Assembly: GCA_030647175.1 (NCBI GenBank)
Contig: JAUSJU010000058.1
Location: 1 to 37,560, forward strand
Reading direction: 5' to 3'
DNA length: 37,560 bases
Source of the DNA: a bacterium
GTDB taxonomy: Bacteria > Patescibacteriota > Minisyncoccia > Minisyncoccales > UBA10102
Shown: one piece after another, positions 1 to 7,599 of the stretch
How positions within the stretch are numbered: position 1 is the stretch's first letter
Layout of the letters: each line of letters starts with the position of its first letter
Notes under the pieces: model-generated
The model's database searches: none
What the model was told of the DNA's origin: nothing
Seen by the model: the letters and a program-made list of their open reading frames with translations, nothing else
Made by a program: the position numbers and the translations under genes

Positions 1-48
1 TAATGGCTCCCACGAGCGTGGAAACCGCCAAGACGAAAGGACTCTTCG

Positions 49-354
49 TCATCCTTTGAACACTCGATCTCCCTCTCTCGCCTTTCTCTTCACTTTCATA
101 CCGACCTCGTCTCTCTTCTTGGCCTTCACGATCTTTACATGGTCTTTTTCCATGGACGCAACCTGCTGCTTGAAAGATTTGCCTCCCCCCTCAATCTCTA
201 TCGTGTCTCCTTTCTTGAGGGGAGCTGAAAGTCTGATCACCGCAACCTTAATCTTGTCATAGTAATGCGTCACCTTGCCTAAAAGCGGGCGCTTTACAAC
301 AGCTTTCTTCTTTGAAGAAGGTTTCTCCGTTGATTTCTTTGTTTTCTTTCTCAT
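49..354 (-). CDS. small stand-alone EF-Tu domain-II-like beta-barrel protein (translation elongation factor-like protein) with Lys-rich N-terminal tail
   Basis: ORF 49..375. GKVTHYYDKIKVAVIRL...GDTIEIEG...VGMKV...REGDRVFK resembles the small EF-Tu domain 2-like family. ATG at 354 is preferred because the TTG at 375 lies inside the upstream terminator T-tract and a -10 box sits 6 nt before 354. Confidence 0.6.
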   Translation of the reverse strand: MRKKTKKSTEKPSSKKKAVVKRPLLGKVTHYYDKIKVAVIRLSAPLKKGDTIEIEGGGKSFKQQVASMEKDHVKIVKAKKRDEVGMKVKRKAREGDRVFKG

Positions 355-360
355 GTAGAT

Positions 361-369
361 AGTATACCA
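361..369 (-). promoter_or_regulatory. extended -10 box TGGTATACT, 6 nt upstream of ATG 354 (leaderless-type promoter)
   Basis: The minus strand reads TGGTATACT-ATCTAC-ATG. There is no Shine-Dalgarno. Confidence 0.45.
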
Positions 370-373
370 AATC

Positions 374-409
374 AAAGAAAAAAGGGTACGTCCGTTGCTG
401 TACGTACCC
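374..409 (-). terminator. intrinsic terminator after the 164-aa gene
   Basis: Minus-strand hairpin GGGTACGT-N10-ACGTACCC (384..391 / 402..409) is followed by TTTTTTCTTT, about 16 nt after the stop at 426. Confidence 0.7.
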
Positions 410-425
410 CTAGGAGAATTGAGGC

Positions 426-920
426 TTACCAGTTGAGGTCTTGGAACTCAGGCTCCCCCCACACTTCAACGTAATACTCTGCTCCCGGAACTTTGACGAT
501 GAGGAAAGGATCTTCGTTGAGCCATTCTACCAGCAATCGAGCGGAAGGTACTTCCTCTCTGATCGCAGTTGCTTTTGCGAGCACGCTCTCTGGGACAGAT
601 CTCCTGTACTCATCGATACTGGTCCGCTCCCATCGAATGAACGTGGGGTAGGGTCTCCCCACACGTGCACTCTTGAGCATTGCTTCCTGATATCGCTTCA
701 CCGACTCTGGTGAGAAAGGTTCGATTCCCAACTCGTTAAGAAGATCGACCAATCTTTGCAAGGTCGTTCTTCTATCCTCTTGAATTTTAACGAGGACTCC
801 AAAGGGCCCATGGCGCAGAAGACGAGAAGCTTTTCTCGTTATTCCCATCGCCCAAGAATCCGAAGGGGAAGGAACTTGAACTGCCTGCCGTTCTAAAACC
901 GCAGCATTTGTACCTGCCAT
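426..920 (-). CDS. hypothetical protein (164 aa), no family recognised
   Basis: Uninterrupted ORF. AAGGAGG (RC of 929..935) lies 8 nt upstream of the ATG, and the gene is followed by an intrinsic terminator. Confidence 0.65.
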   Translation of the reverse strand: MAGTNAAVLERQAVQVPSPSDSWAMGITRKASRLLRHGPFGVLVKIQEDRRTTLQRLVDLLNELGIEPFSPESVKRYQEAMLKSARVGRPYPTFIRWERTSIDEYRRSVPESVLAKATAIREEVPSARLLVEWLNEDPFLIVKVPGAEYYVEVWGEPEFQDLNW

Positions 921-988
921 TGCTTCTACCTCCTTTTAAGGTCTACTGCGGATAATCTAGCAGACTGGACTTGAGATGTCTATATCTG

Positions 989-1060
989 TGCCCCCACGGG
1001 GAGTCGAACCTCGATCTCAGCCTTCGGAGGGCTGCGCTCTGTCCATTGAGCTATAAGGGC
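989..1060 (-). tRNA. tRNA-Arg (anticodon CCG)
   Basis: The minus strand reads GCCCTTATAGCTCAATGGACAGAGCGCAGCCCTCCGAAGGCTGAGATCGAGGTTCGACTCCCCGTGGGGGCA. The 7-bp acceptor stem has two G-U pairs. The anticodon stem is CAGCC/GGCTG with loop CUCCGAA. The T-loop is TTCGACT and the discriminator is A. CCA is not encoded. Confidence 0.9.
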
Positions 1061-1062
1061 GT

Positions 1063-2004
1063 TTATACCCGGGAAACCCGGATGAGTCCTCCGCAAGGAA
1101 CAATAGCCACTCCTTGTTTCTGTACTTCGTCTAAAATAAGGTTCATGCCGATGGAGTCAGAGGACATATGGCCCGCCACCATGATATTCACGTGGTAGGC
1201 TTCGGCCTCTTTCTTGTGGTCGTCTGAGATATGCATATCTACAATGGTGCCCACTCCGGCCTGGGCCAAGCGCTCATAGATCTTCGGAGGGCCTTCTGTA
1301 CCTCCCGTCATATCCACGATGATCTTGCCGCATCTGTTCTCTGTGTTCCCTGTGAAGAGGCGGGGTCCTACCCCGAGACCTACGGCAAGCTTGTACTCTG
1401 GGATTTCATTCAGAATGATAAGAAGATCTTCTATCCGTTCTGGATTCCCTTTTTCAATCGCTTCTCTCACAAAGGTTGCTGAAATATTGTCGGCTGCCGT
1501 ATGGATGCACATTAAATTGATCCCCAAGAGCTTTGCTGCGTCAATAGTCCTCCAATGGTTTCTCGGATTGAATGCTCTGGCGATCTCTGATGTGCGCTCT
1601 CGCATCATTCCTTCTCCTATGTTAATGGGGACCCCGTACTTGTGGAAGACATCTGCCTGGAGCTCCATGACTTCATGCATATCAGCCAACGCTCTTCCCA
1701 TGGGGTGGTGAGAAATAACCAGATCAATGTCTCCCAATTCCTTGGCGAGCAGGATTTCTCCCACTTCAATATCAATACCGCACATCACTTTCTTTATCTC
1801 CCGGTCATCAGCCACATGGAGGATCCTCGTGTCAGAATACGGGTTCTGCAAAGACTCTGCGTCAAACTCTATTTTCTGGGAATCAGAGAGTTTTGCATAC
1901 TTTTCTTTCTTGCGCTCTAAAAGACGAGCTACGTACTCGTTGGTGCGAAAATCAGCGTCAATCCCCATCTGCACGGCCTTGGTGTAGATGTCAGATATCT
2001 TCAT
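1063..2004 (-). CDS. NIF3 / GTP cyclohydrolase 1 type 2 family (YbgI-like) dinuclear metal-centre protein
   Basis: 313 aa. It has DLVISHHPMG and C-terminal VAGHMSSDSIG metal-ligand-type motifs, and length and architecture typical of the Nif3 family. Confidence 0.8.
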   Translation of the reverse strand: MKISDIYTKAVQMGIDADFRTNEYVARLLERKKEKYAKLSDSQKIEFDAESLQNPYSDTRILHVADDREIKKVMCGIDIEVGEILLAKELGDIDLVISHHPMGRALADMHEVMELQADVFHKYGVPINIGEGMMRERTSEIARAFNPRNHWRTIDAAKLLGINLMCIHTAADNISATFVREAIEKGNPERIEDLLIILNEIPEYKLAVGLGVGPRLFTGNTENRCGKIIVDMTGGTEGPPKIYERLAQAGVGTIVDMHISDDHKKEAEAYHVNIMVAGHMSSDSIGMNLILDEVQKQGVAIVPCGGLIRVSRV

Positions 2005-2153
2005 ACTACAGCTGGACGGGTTTTCCCTATCCGTTCATACATCTTGGCAATAGCGTCTTTTGCTTGCTGGATATCTGCAGTTCCTCTGCGGATACGGCCT
2101 TTTTCCATGCGGACGTATTTCCTGAGGCTTTTGGGCAACTTGGCATTGTTCAT
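2001..2153 (-). CDS. small basic protein (50 aa), unannotated in the ORF track
   Basis: Sequence MNNAKLPKSLRKYVRMEKGRIRRGTADIQQAKDAIAKMYERIGKTRPAVV. It fills the Mur-ligase/NIF3 gap exactly, and its TGA overlaps the NIF3 ATG (ATGA at 2001..2004). No clear SD. Confidence 0.4.
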   Translation of the reverse strand: MNNAKLPKSLRKYVRMEKGRIRRGTADIQQAKDAIAKMYERIGKTRPAVV

Positions 2154-2168
2154 GACTGCTAAACTCTA

Positions 2169-3449
2169 TCACGATATGCGCCCCTTGTCCAGAATCGTTG
2201 AGAGCTCTTCTCGTACAACTTCCCTATCATCCCAAGGCATCTTTACCCCTCCTTTCTGCGCAATGGAATCTTCGCTTCCTTTGCCCGTGATGATGACCGC
2301 ATCCCCTTCGTGAGCCAGGCTCAGAACCCTTCGTATGGCCTCTCTTCTGTCTTCCACGATCTCCACGACAGCTTTTCCTTGCTCTCTCGCGCCTTGGGCT
2401 ACCTGCTCCATGATCTGTCTCGGATCCTCCTCATACGGATCCTCGTTCGTAATGATGACTTCCCTGCAGTAGGAAACAGCTATCTTTCCTAGTTCTGACC
2501 GTTTCCACACATCTCTTCCCCCTCCAGCTGCTCCCAAAAGGCAGACGAGCTTTGAAGAAGAAAACGTCTGATATACCTGCTCTAAAGCTGCTGGAGTGAA
2601 CGCATAGTCTACGATCACGAGAAAAGGTTCCTTGGAAATAACCTCCATTCTCCCTGGAACGCTGCGTATTCCTTCCAATGCTTTCTTGCAAACCTCCAGA
2701 GATATCCCTTCAGAGAGAGCGACGCAGATTGCAGCTAACGCATTAGAGGCCTGGAACTTTCCGAGAAGTTGGAGATGGAACATAATTCCTGCCACAGAGA
2801 AATTGCTCTCCATGTTCTCTTGGCCCAGACGAGCTTCCACGATATGCACCCCGTCTGAGGCCTTAATAGGAAAAGCGCCTGTTGTGTATACAAAACGTTC
2901 CTTTGACGGGAAGCTGAGAAAGAAATCTGCTCTGGAATCGTCTCCGTTCACCACGTGCAGATTCTTTGCGACCTCAAAGAGCTGGCCTTTTGCCTTCATG
3001 TAGTTTTCAAACGATCCGTGGCGCTCAATATGCTCTGGGCTTATGTTTGTGAAAACTGCTGTATGAAAATTGAGAAACCTGTGGCGGTGCTGGAGGATCC
3101 CTTCTGACGTAACTTCCAATACCACATACCTGCACCCTTGATCTACCGCTTTTCTCAGGAACCCCTGGATGAAGAAGCGCCCCGGCATGGTCATTTTCAA
3201 TGTATTGCGCTCTTCTTTGTCCCCGATCTGGAAATGGATGGAGGAAAGCAGGGCGGTCTTGCATCCTGCCTCAGAGAGAATATGGAATATCATCTCTGCG
3301 GTCGTGGATTTTCCGTTCGTTCCCGTCACTCCGATGAGAATGAGCTGGCTGGACGGAAAACGGTACCAGAAAGCCGCAAGAAAAGCCAAGAGGAGGTGGT
3401 ACCACCCCAGGAGAAAAGAAGGAAGAATGCGCTTGATCAGCTCTTTCAT
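2169..3449 (-). CDS. Mur ligase family protein (MurE-like UDP-N-acetylmuramyl-tripeptide synthetase type) with hydrophobic N-terminus instead of the usual N-terminal domain
   Basis: P-loop GVTGTNGKSTT, motif TNISPEHIERHGSFENYMKAKGQLF (compare Mur ligase TNxxxDHLDxHGxxExYxxAK), and a C-terminal Mur ligase domain (GDAVIITGKGSE). Confidence 0.8.
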   Translation of the reverse strand: MKELIKRILPSFLLGWYHLLLAFLAAFWYRFPSSQLILIGVTGTNGKSTTAEMIFHILSEAGCKTALLSSIHFQIGDKEERNTLKMTMPGRFFIQGFLRKAVDQGCRYVVLEVTSEGILQHRHRFLNFHTAVFTNISPEHIERHGSFENYMKAKGQLFEVAKNLHVVNGDDSRADFFLSFPSKERFVYTTGAFPIKASDGVHIVEARLGQENMESNFSVAGIMFHLQLLGKFQASNALAAICVALSEGISLEVCKKALEGIRSVPGRMEVISKEPFLVIVDYAFTPAALEQVYQTFSSSKLVCLLGAAGGGRDVWKRSELGKIAVSYCREVIITNEDPYEEDPRQIMEQVAQGAREQGKAVVEIVEDRREAIRRVLSLAHEGDAVIITGKGSEDSIAQKGGVKMPWDDREVVREELSTILDKGRIS

Positions 3450-3456
3450 TGTCTTT

Positions 3457-3465
3457 AGGGTATCA
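3457..3465 (-). promoter_or_regulatory. extended -10-like box TGATACCCT, 7 nt upstream of ATG 3449
   Basis: The minus strand reads TGATACCCT-AAAGACA-ATG. There is no SD. Confidence 0.3.
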
Positions 3466-3474
3466 GAGAAGTTA

Positions 3475-3513
3475 GGGAAAAGAAAAGGGGGCAGATGCGA
3501 AATGCATCTGCCC
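3475..3513 (-). terminator. intrinsic terminator
   Basis: Perfect 10-bp stem GGGCAGATGC/GCATCTGCCC (3489..3498 / 3504..3513) with a 5-nt loop. On the minus strand it is followed by CCTTTTCTTTTCCC. Confidence 0.8.
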
Positions 3514-3574
3514 TTGAAAGGACTCTAAGAGAAAGGGTAAAAGGTGCTGTGTTGAAAAGGGTGGTGCGAAACGG

Positions 3575-3997
3575 CTAAGGTGAACCGGAGCCGGCGACAG
3601 CGAAGAAGGAAGGGGCCCTGGGTCTCAGTACGGGCTGAGAAGCCCGTGCCCATGCTCCTATTTTTTGAGCCGACGTAGTCATGAATGTCACCGCAGTACG
3701 AAGGGCGAAGAGCGCCGTGTTGTTGACGAGCTGTAGAAGGTGGAGTCGTCGTGCAGCTGTGCCTCGTGGGGTGAAGTGCATGAAAGCGTGCTGTGTGTCG
3801 GTGGTAAGACGTGTCATCGCGGCCGCGAATAGGGTGGCCACGAACATCAGCCACTTCGTCAGGAGCGTTCGTTGTTTCGCCCAATACGCGGCGAGTAACA
3901 GAACGACCATGCCTCCCAGGGAACCGGAACGAATGCGGATGAACGCTGCAACGAGCAGCAACAGCAACAACGTTACCGAAAGAAACACAATGAGCAA
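3575..3997 (-). CDS. hypothetical small membrane protein (140 aa), compositionally atypical (GC-rich)
   Basis: TTG start with AAGGAGG 5 nt upstream. Two to three N-terminal hydrophobic helices (LIVFLSVTLLLLLLVAAFI, GGMVVLLLAAYWA, WLMFVATLFAAAM). A terminator lies downstream. The C-terminal half may not be genuine coding sequence. Confidence 0.45.
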   Translation of the reverse strand: MLIVFLSVTLLLLLLVAAFIRIRSGSLGGMVVLLLAAYWAKQRTLLTKWLMFVATLFAAAMTRLTTDTQHAFMHFTPRGTAARRLHLLQLVNNTALFALRTAVTFMTTSAQKIGAWARASQPVLRPRAPSFFAVAGSGSP

Positions 3998-4069
3998 GCG
4001 TACCTCCTTTTGTATAAACCTCTCTCAAAGTCCTGTGATAAGTATGACACCTTCCTTTGGGAAAGCAAG

Positions 4070-4078
4070 TGGTATAGT
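4070..4078 (+). promoter_or_regulatory. extended -10 box TGGTATAGT upstream of uvrB
   Basis: TGGTATAGT directly abuts ATG 4079. If it is used, transcription would start near 4085 and the ATG at 4097 would be the real start. Confidence 0.35.
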
Positions 4079-6139
4079 ATGAATAGCCTTTTCCCTATGG
4101 CGTTTGAACTTGTTTCTCCATTTAAGCCCACGGGCGACCAGCCCCGGGCGATAGAACGACTCGTAAAGAACCTGAAAACTGGCATGGAACACCAGGTGCT
4201 TTTAGGAGTGACGGGATCTGGGAAAACTTTTACCATGGCGAACGTCATACAGAAAATCCAAAAACCAGTACTCGTCATTTCTCCCAACAAAACGTTAGCC
4301 GCCCAGCTCTACCAGGAGTTCAAAGAGTTCTTTCCGAACAGCGGAGTCCACTACTTCGTCTCCTACTACGACTACTACCAGCCAGAAGCCTACATCCCCC
4401 AGTCAGACACGTATATTGAAAAAGATGCGAAGATAAACGACGTGCTAGACAGGCTGCGCCACGAAGCGGTGCAGGACGTTCTCTCAAGGAAAGACGTCAT
4501 CGTGGTGGCTTCCGTATCCTGCATCTACAGCATCGGATCCCCCGAGGAATATCAGAAGGTTGCCATGGAAATACGCCCTGGCCATCGAATCACCAGACGA
4601 GATTTCTTTTCTCACCTCACTCAGCTTCAGTACCAAAGAAATGATATTGAGTGGAAACCAGGGATGTTCCGGGCCCGGGGGGACGTCGTAGAGATCCATC
4701 TGGTGACGGGAAAAGAATTCGTGCGCGTGGAGTTTGCAGGAAACGAGATAGAAACCATTTCGGTCTCTGAAGCTTCCGCTTCTCCATCCTATACACCCCA
4801 TGCAGATCCCTATATGCTCTACCCTGCAAAGTTCTGGGTAGCGGAAGAAAACAAATTAAAGATCGCTGTTTCCAACATCCGTCTGGAAGCCGAAGTCCGA
4901 GTCAAGGAGCTGCGCGATCAAGGAAAGCTCTTGGAAGCCCAGCGTCTGGAGCAGCGGACGAACTATGACATGGAGATGATTGAGGAGTCAGGGTACTGCC
5001 ACGGCATTGAGAACTATTCTCGGCACCTTGAGTTCAGAAAGCAGGGGGATCCCCCATTCACTCTTATTGATTACTTCGGGAAAGACTTTCTCGTCTTTGT
5101 TGACGAAAGCCACTTAACACTCCCCCAGATTAAAGCGATGTCCACGCAGGACAGGATCCGGAAAGAATCTCTCGTGAACTTCGGGTTCCGCCTTCCTTCA
5201 GCCATAGACAACCGGCCTCTCACCATTGATGAGTTTTTCCAGCGAGCCCCCCAGATCACGTACGTTTCAGCAACTCCGGGGTCAGGAGAGAAAGCGCGGT
5301 CAGGAGACATCGTGGAACAGATCATACGGCCTACCGGGCTCTTGGAACCTGCTGTGGAAATACGTCCTTCAGCAAACCAGATCAAGGACATCATCAAGGA
5401 GATCCGAACCCTTAAAGAAAAAGGCCAGCGCGCCCTTGTGATCACCGTCACCAAACGCTTGGCTGAAGATATTGCAGACTACCTCGCCCAGCAGGGAATT
5501 TCCGTCCAATGGCTCCACTCTGAAGTAAAGACGCTTGCTCGCCCGAGCATCTTGGAGGATCTGCGAAGAGGGAAGTACGACGTGCTTGTGGGAATAAATC
5601 TTCTCCGAGAGGGGCTAGATCTGCCCGAAGTCTCCCTTGTGGCCATCCTGGATGCAGACAAAGAAGGATTCCTGAGGAATGAGACTACGCTTATCCAGAC
5701 CATGGGAAGGGCAGCAAGGCATGTAGACGGGAAAGTGATCATGTACGCAGACCACACGAGCCTTTCTATGGCTTCAGCATTAGAAGAGATACGCCGAAGG
5801 AGAGATGTCCAGGAACAATACAACAAAGAGCACCATATTACTCCCCAGCCTATCTTGAAAGAAATAAAGCCGTGGGAGTTCGCGGTAAAAGAAAAAACCT
5901 TGAGCACGGAGCTCGACCTCCTTGAAGACAAAGAGCTCTTGGAAAAAGAGATGCAGGAAGCAGCTTCGTCCCTGGATTTTGAACGGGCAGCTCATATACG
6001 GGACTTGATTAAAAAACTCAAACCTGCTACAACCAAAGCATATGCCAATCACAAAATCAGCAAAAAAGGCTCTCCGTCAGAACATTTCGCGCAGAGCAAG
6101 AAACATCAAAGCGACAGAAACCCTGAAAAGGCTCGTTAA
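4079..6139 (+). CDS. uvrB: excinuclease ABC subunit B
   Basis: [18 protein letters not shown]-terminus, Walker [11 protein letters not shown], beta-hairpin [16 protein letters not shown], helicase motifs and a UVR domain ([17 protein letters not shown]). The start is ambiguous (4079 or 4097); the ORF-track start at 4010 is not conserved. About 40 aa of non-conserved tail overlap rpsT. Confidence 0.93.
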   Translation: MNSLFPMAFELVSPFKPTGDQPRAIERLVKNLKTGMEHQVLLGVTGSGKTFTMANVIQKIQKPVLVISPNKTLAAQLYQEFKEFFPNSGVHYFVSYYDYYQPEAYIPQSDTYIEKDAKINDVLDRLRHEAVQDVLSRKDVIVVASVSCIYSIGSPEEYQKVAMEIRPGHRITRRDFFSHLTQLQYQRNDIEWKPGMFRARGDVVEIHLVTGKEFVRVEFAGNEIETISVSEASASPSYTPHADPYMLYPAKFWVAEENKLKIAVSNIRLEAEVRVKELRDQGKLLEAQRLEQRTNYDMEMIEESGYCHGIENYSRHLEFRKQGDPPFTLIDYFGKDFLVFVDESHLTLPQIKAMSTQDRIRKESLVNFGFRLPSAIDNRPLTIDEFFQRAPQITYVSATPGSGEKARSGDIVEQIIRPTGLLEPAVEIRPSANQIKDIIKEIRTLKEKGQRALVITVTKRLAEDIADYLAQQGISVQWLHSEVKTLARPSILEDLRRGKYDVLVGINLLREGLDLPEVSLVAILDADKEGFLRNETTLIQTMGRAARHVDGKVIMYADHTSLSMASALEEIRRRRDVQEQYNKEHHITPQPILKEIKPWEFAVKEKTLSTELDLLEDKELLEKEMQEAASSLDFERAAHIRDLIKKLKPATTKAYANHKISKKGSPSEHFAQSKKHQSDRNPEKAR

Positions 6140-6314
6140 GGATTTGAAAAAAGCCGTGCTCGCAAACAACACGCAAGAGGCGCAGAGATTGCTTGCCGCA
6201 GGATACAAGGCATTTGATAAGGCTTCAAAGACCGGGCTTCTTAAAAAGAATACGGTTTCCCGCAAGAAATCTTCTTTGGCAAAGCTCCTCTCAGGAAAGA
6301 AGCAGGGCGTCTAG
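6042..6314 (+). CDS. rpsT: 30S ribosomal protein S20
   Basis: [21 protein letters not shown]...AFDKASKTGLLKKNTVSRKKSSL matches the bS20 pattern (KSAKKR...HKN.A.R.KS.L). Confidence 0.9.
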   Translation: MPITKSAKKALRQNISRRARNIKATETLKRLVKDLKKAVLANNTQEAQRLLAAGYKAFDKASKTGLLKKNTVSRKKSSLAKLLSGKKQGV

Positions 6315-7208
6315 GGCGACCTCTCCATCCATTACCCCTGTCTTTACGGCAAGGTCCGTCCCCCATATCTTCTCATAGATAGCTTTCAACTCATCCATGG
6401 AAAACAATGAAGCCAGCTCCTGGCTTTTTTTGAACACGAAAGGATGCATGGGAATCTTCCCTCCTTTGAAATCCTTTGCCTGGAGGATGTTGCGGAACTG
6501 GAAATGAATCATGGAGAGCAGGTACAGAGGAGAATCCCCCTTTGCTATGTGCCTGTGCAGAAGCTCCAACGCCTCGTCTTTTCTGTTCTTTGCGATGGCG
6601 TCTATGGTTTTGAAAATGTCTGTTTCAAAGGAGTGAGCGGAGGCAATAGCCTTCACGTCTTCCAATGAAACCTGCTTTACGGGCTCTGACTGCTTGAAGG
6701 CAGCCATCTTTCGTATCTCCTGAGAAAGAGCCCACGGGTTATCTTGAAACAGGGAGCATAGCTCCCCTCCTGCTTCTTTGGAGATATCCAGTCCGTAGGA
6801 TTCTCCCTCCTTCACGATCCAGGACAAGAGAGGCGCTCCCGAGAGATTGCTGAACTTTTGCGTCTTCCCGTTCTTTTGGATGAACTGGAAAAAAGCGTCT
6901 TTTGCCAAGATGTCCTTTTCCTCAACGAAAACAAGGGTGTTGTCGGTTTCTTTCAACAGCTGGGCTTTGGAAAGCAAAAACTCTTTCAAGAGTTTCGCTT
7001 CAAACGCATGCTTGAATATCAAAAGCTTCCGTTCTTTGAACATCGGGGCTGAAACGAGCTCCTGTTCAACCTCTTCCGATGAACACTCCATGGCATCCAG
7101 CACGCGCACCGATATTCCTGCCTTCCCGGAATTGCGGTACCTCTCAATAATCTCTCCCAGCTTTACGGAAGAGCGCAACGTATCTGGGCCGTATAGAAGA
7201 ATGAGCAT
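6291..7208 (-). CDS. holA: DNA polymerase III delta subunit
   Basis: 305 aa. N-terminal LILLYGPD...and a C-terminal helical domain typical of HolA. It lies next to polA. Confidence 0.7.
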   Translation of the reverse strand: MLILLYGPDTLRSSVKLGEIIERYRNSGKAGISVRVLDAMECSSEEVEQELVSAPMFKERKLLIFKHAFEAKLLKEFLLSKAQLLKETDNTLVFVEEKDILAKDAFFQFIQKNGKTQKFSNLSGAPLLSWIVKEGESYGLDISKEAGGELCSLFQDNPWALSQEIRKMAAFKQSEPVKQVSLEDVKAIASAHSFETDIFKTIDAIAKNRKDEALELLHRHIAKGDSPLYLLSMIHFQFRNILQAKDFKGGKIPMHPFVFKKSQELASLFSMDELKAIYEKIWGTDLAVKTGVMDGEVALDALLLS

Positions 7209-7224
7209 GGCTGTGAATGAGCGG

Positions 7225-7593
7225 TTACAACGAGATCGCCTTTCTGACTTTCTCTACGATTTCTTCCGGAGTGTTGTAGATCTTGATGAGATAGTCGGCT
7301 GCCCCCAGAGCCATTGCCCTATCAAGGTCTGTTTTCTGATCCACGTTAGAAAGGATGACCACGGGAAGCGAAGATAAGTCCTTGTCTTCTTTTATCTGCT
7401 TAAGCGCTTCAAAACCGTCCATGACAGGCATCATGAGATCCATCACGATAGCATCTGGCTTCTCCTTCTTGGCTTTTTCTACTCCCTCCTTCCCATCTTT
7501 TGCCTCCTGCACCTTGTATCCCAAACTGCGGAACTTGTCTCCCAAGAGAGAACGGATGAACTCGTCGTCTTCCACTAAAAGAATTGTTGCCAT
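7225..7593 (-). CDS. single-domain response regulator (CheY-like receiver)
   Basis: ILLVEDDEF, phospho-acceptor context AIVMDLMMPVMDG, SNV, and K in YLIK. No output domain, and no kinase in the window. Confidence 0.85.
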   Translation of the reverse strand: MATILLVEDDEFIRSLLGDKFRSLGYKVQEAKDGKEGVEKAKKEKPDAIVMDLMMPVMDGFEALKQIKEDKDLSSLPVVILSNVDQKTDLDRAMALGAADYLIKIYNTPEEIVEKVRKAISL

Positions 7594-7599
7594 TGCTTT

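Noticed and set aside
4010-4078. ORF-track start of uvrB at 4010 (MYKPLSKSCDKYDTFLWESKWYS...).
   Set aside because: The extension is not UvrB-like and contains the TGGTATAGT promoter box. The conserved UvrB N-terminus ([14 protein letters not shown]) begins right after ATG 4079/4097.
3525-4082. Two further long ORFs (3525..4028 minus, 3681..4082 plus) overlap the 140-aa ORF.
   Set aside because: They have no start-site signals and give Arg/Ser/Thr/His-rich translations. They are explained by stop-codon depletion in a GC-rich stretch. The plus-strand one also overlaps the uvrB promoter and start.
6847-7377. Long antisense ORFs inside holA (6847..7377), pilB-like (12384..12854), virB4 (22685..23233), the peptidase (31475..32146), the 320-aa gene (35321..35842) and others in the track.
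   Set aside because: Each lies opposite a CDS that has recognisable family motifs or better start and stop context. None has an SD or -10 signal of its own.
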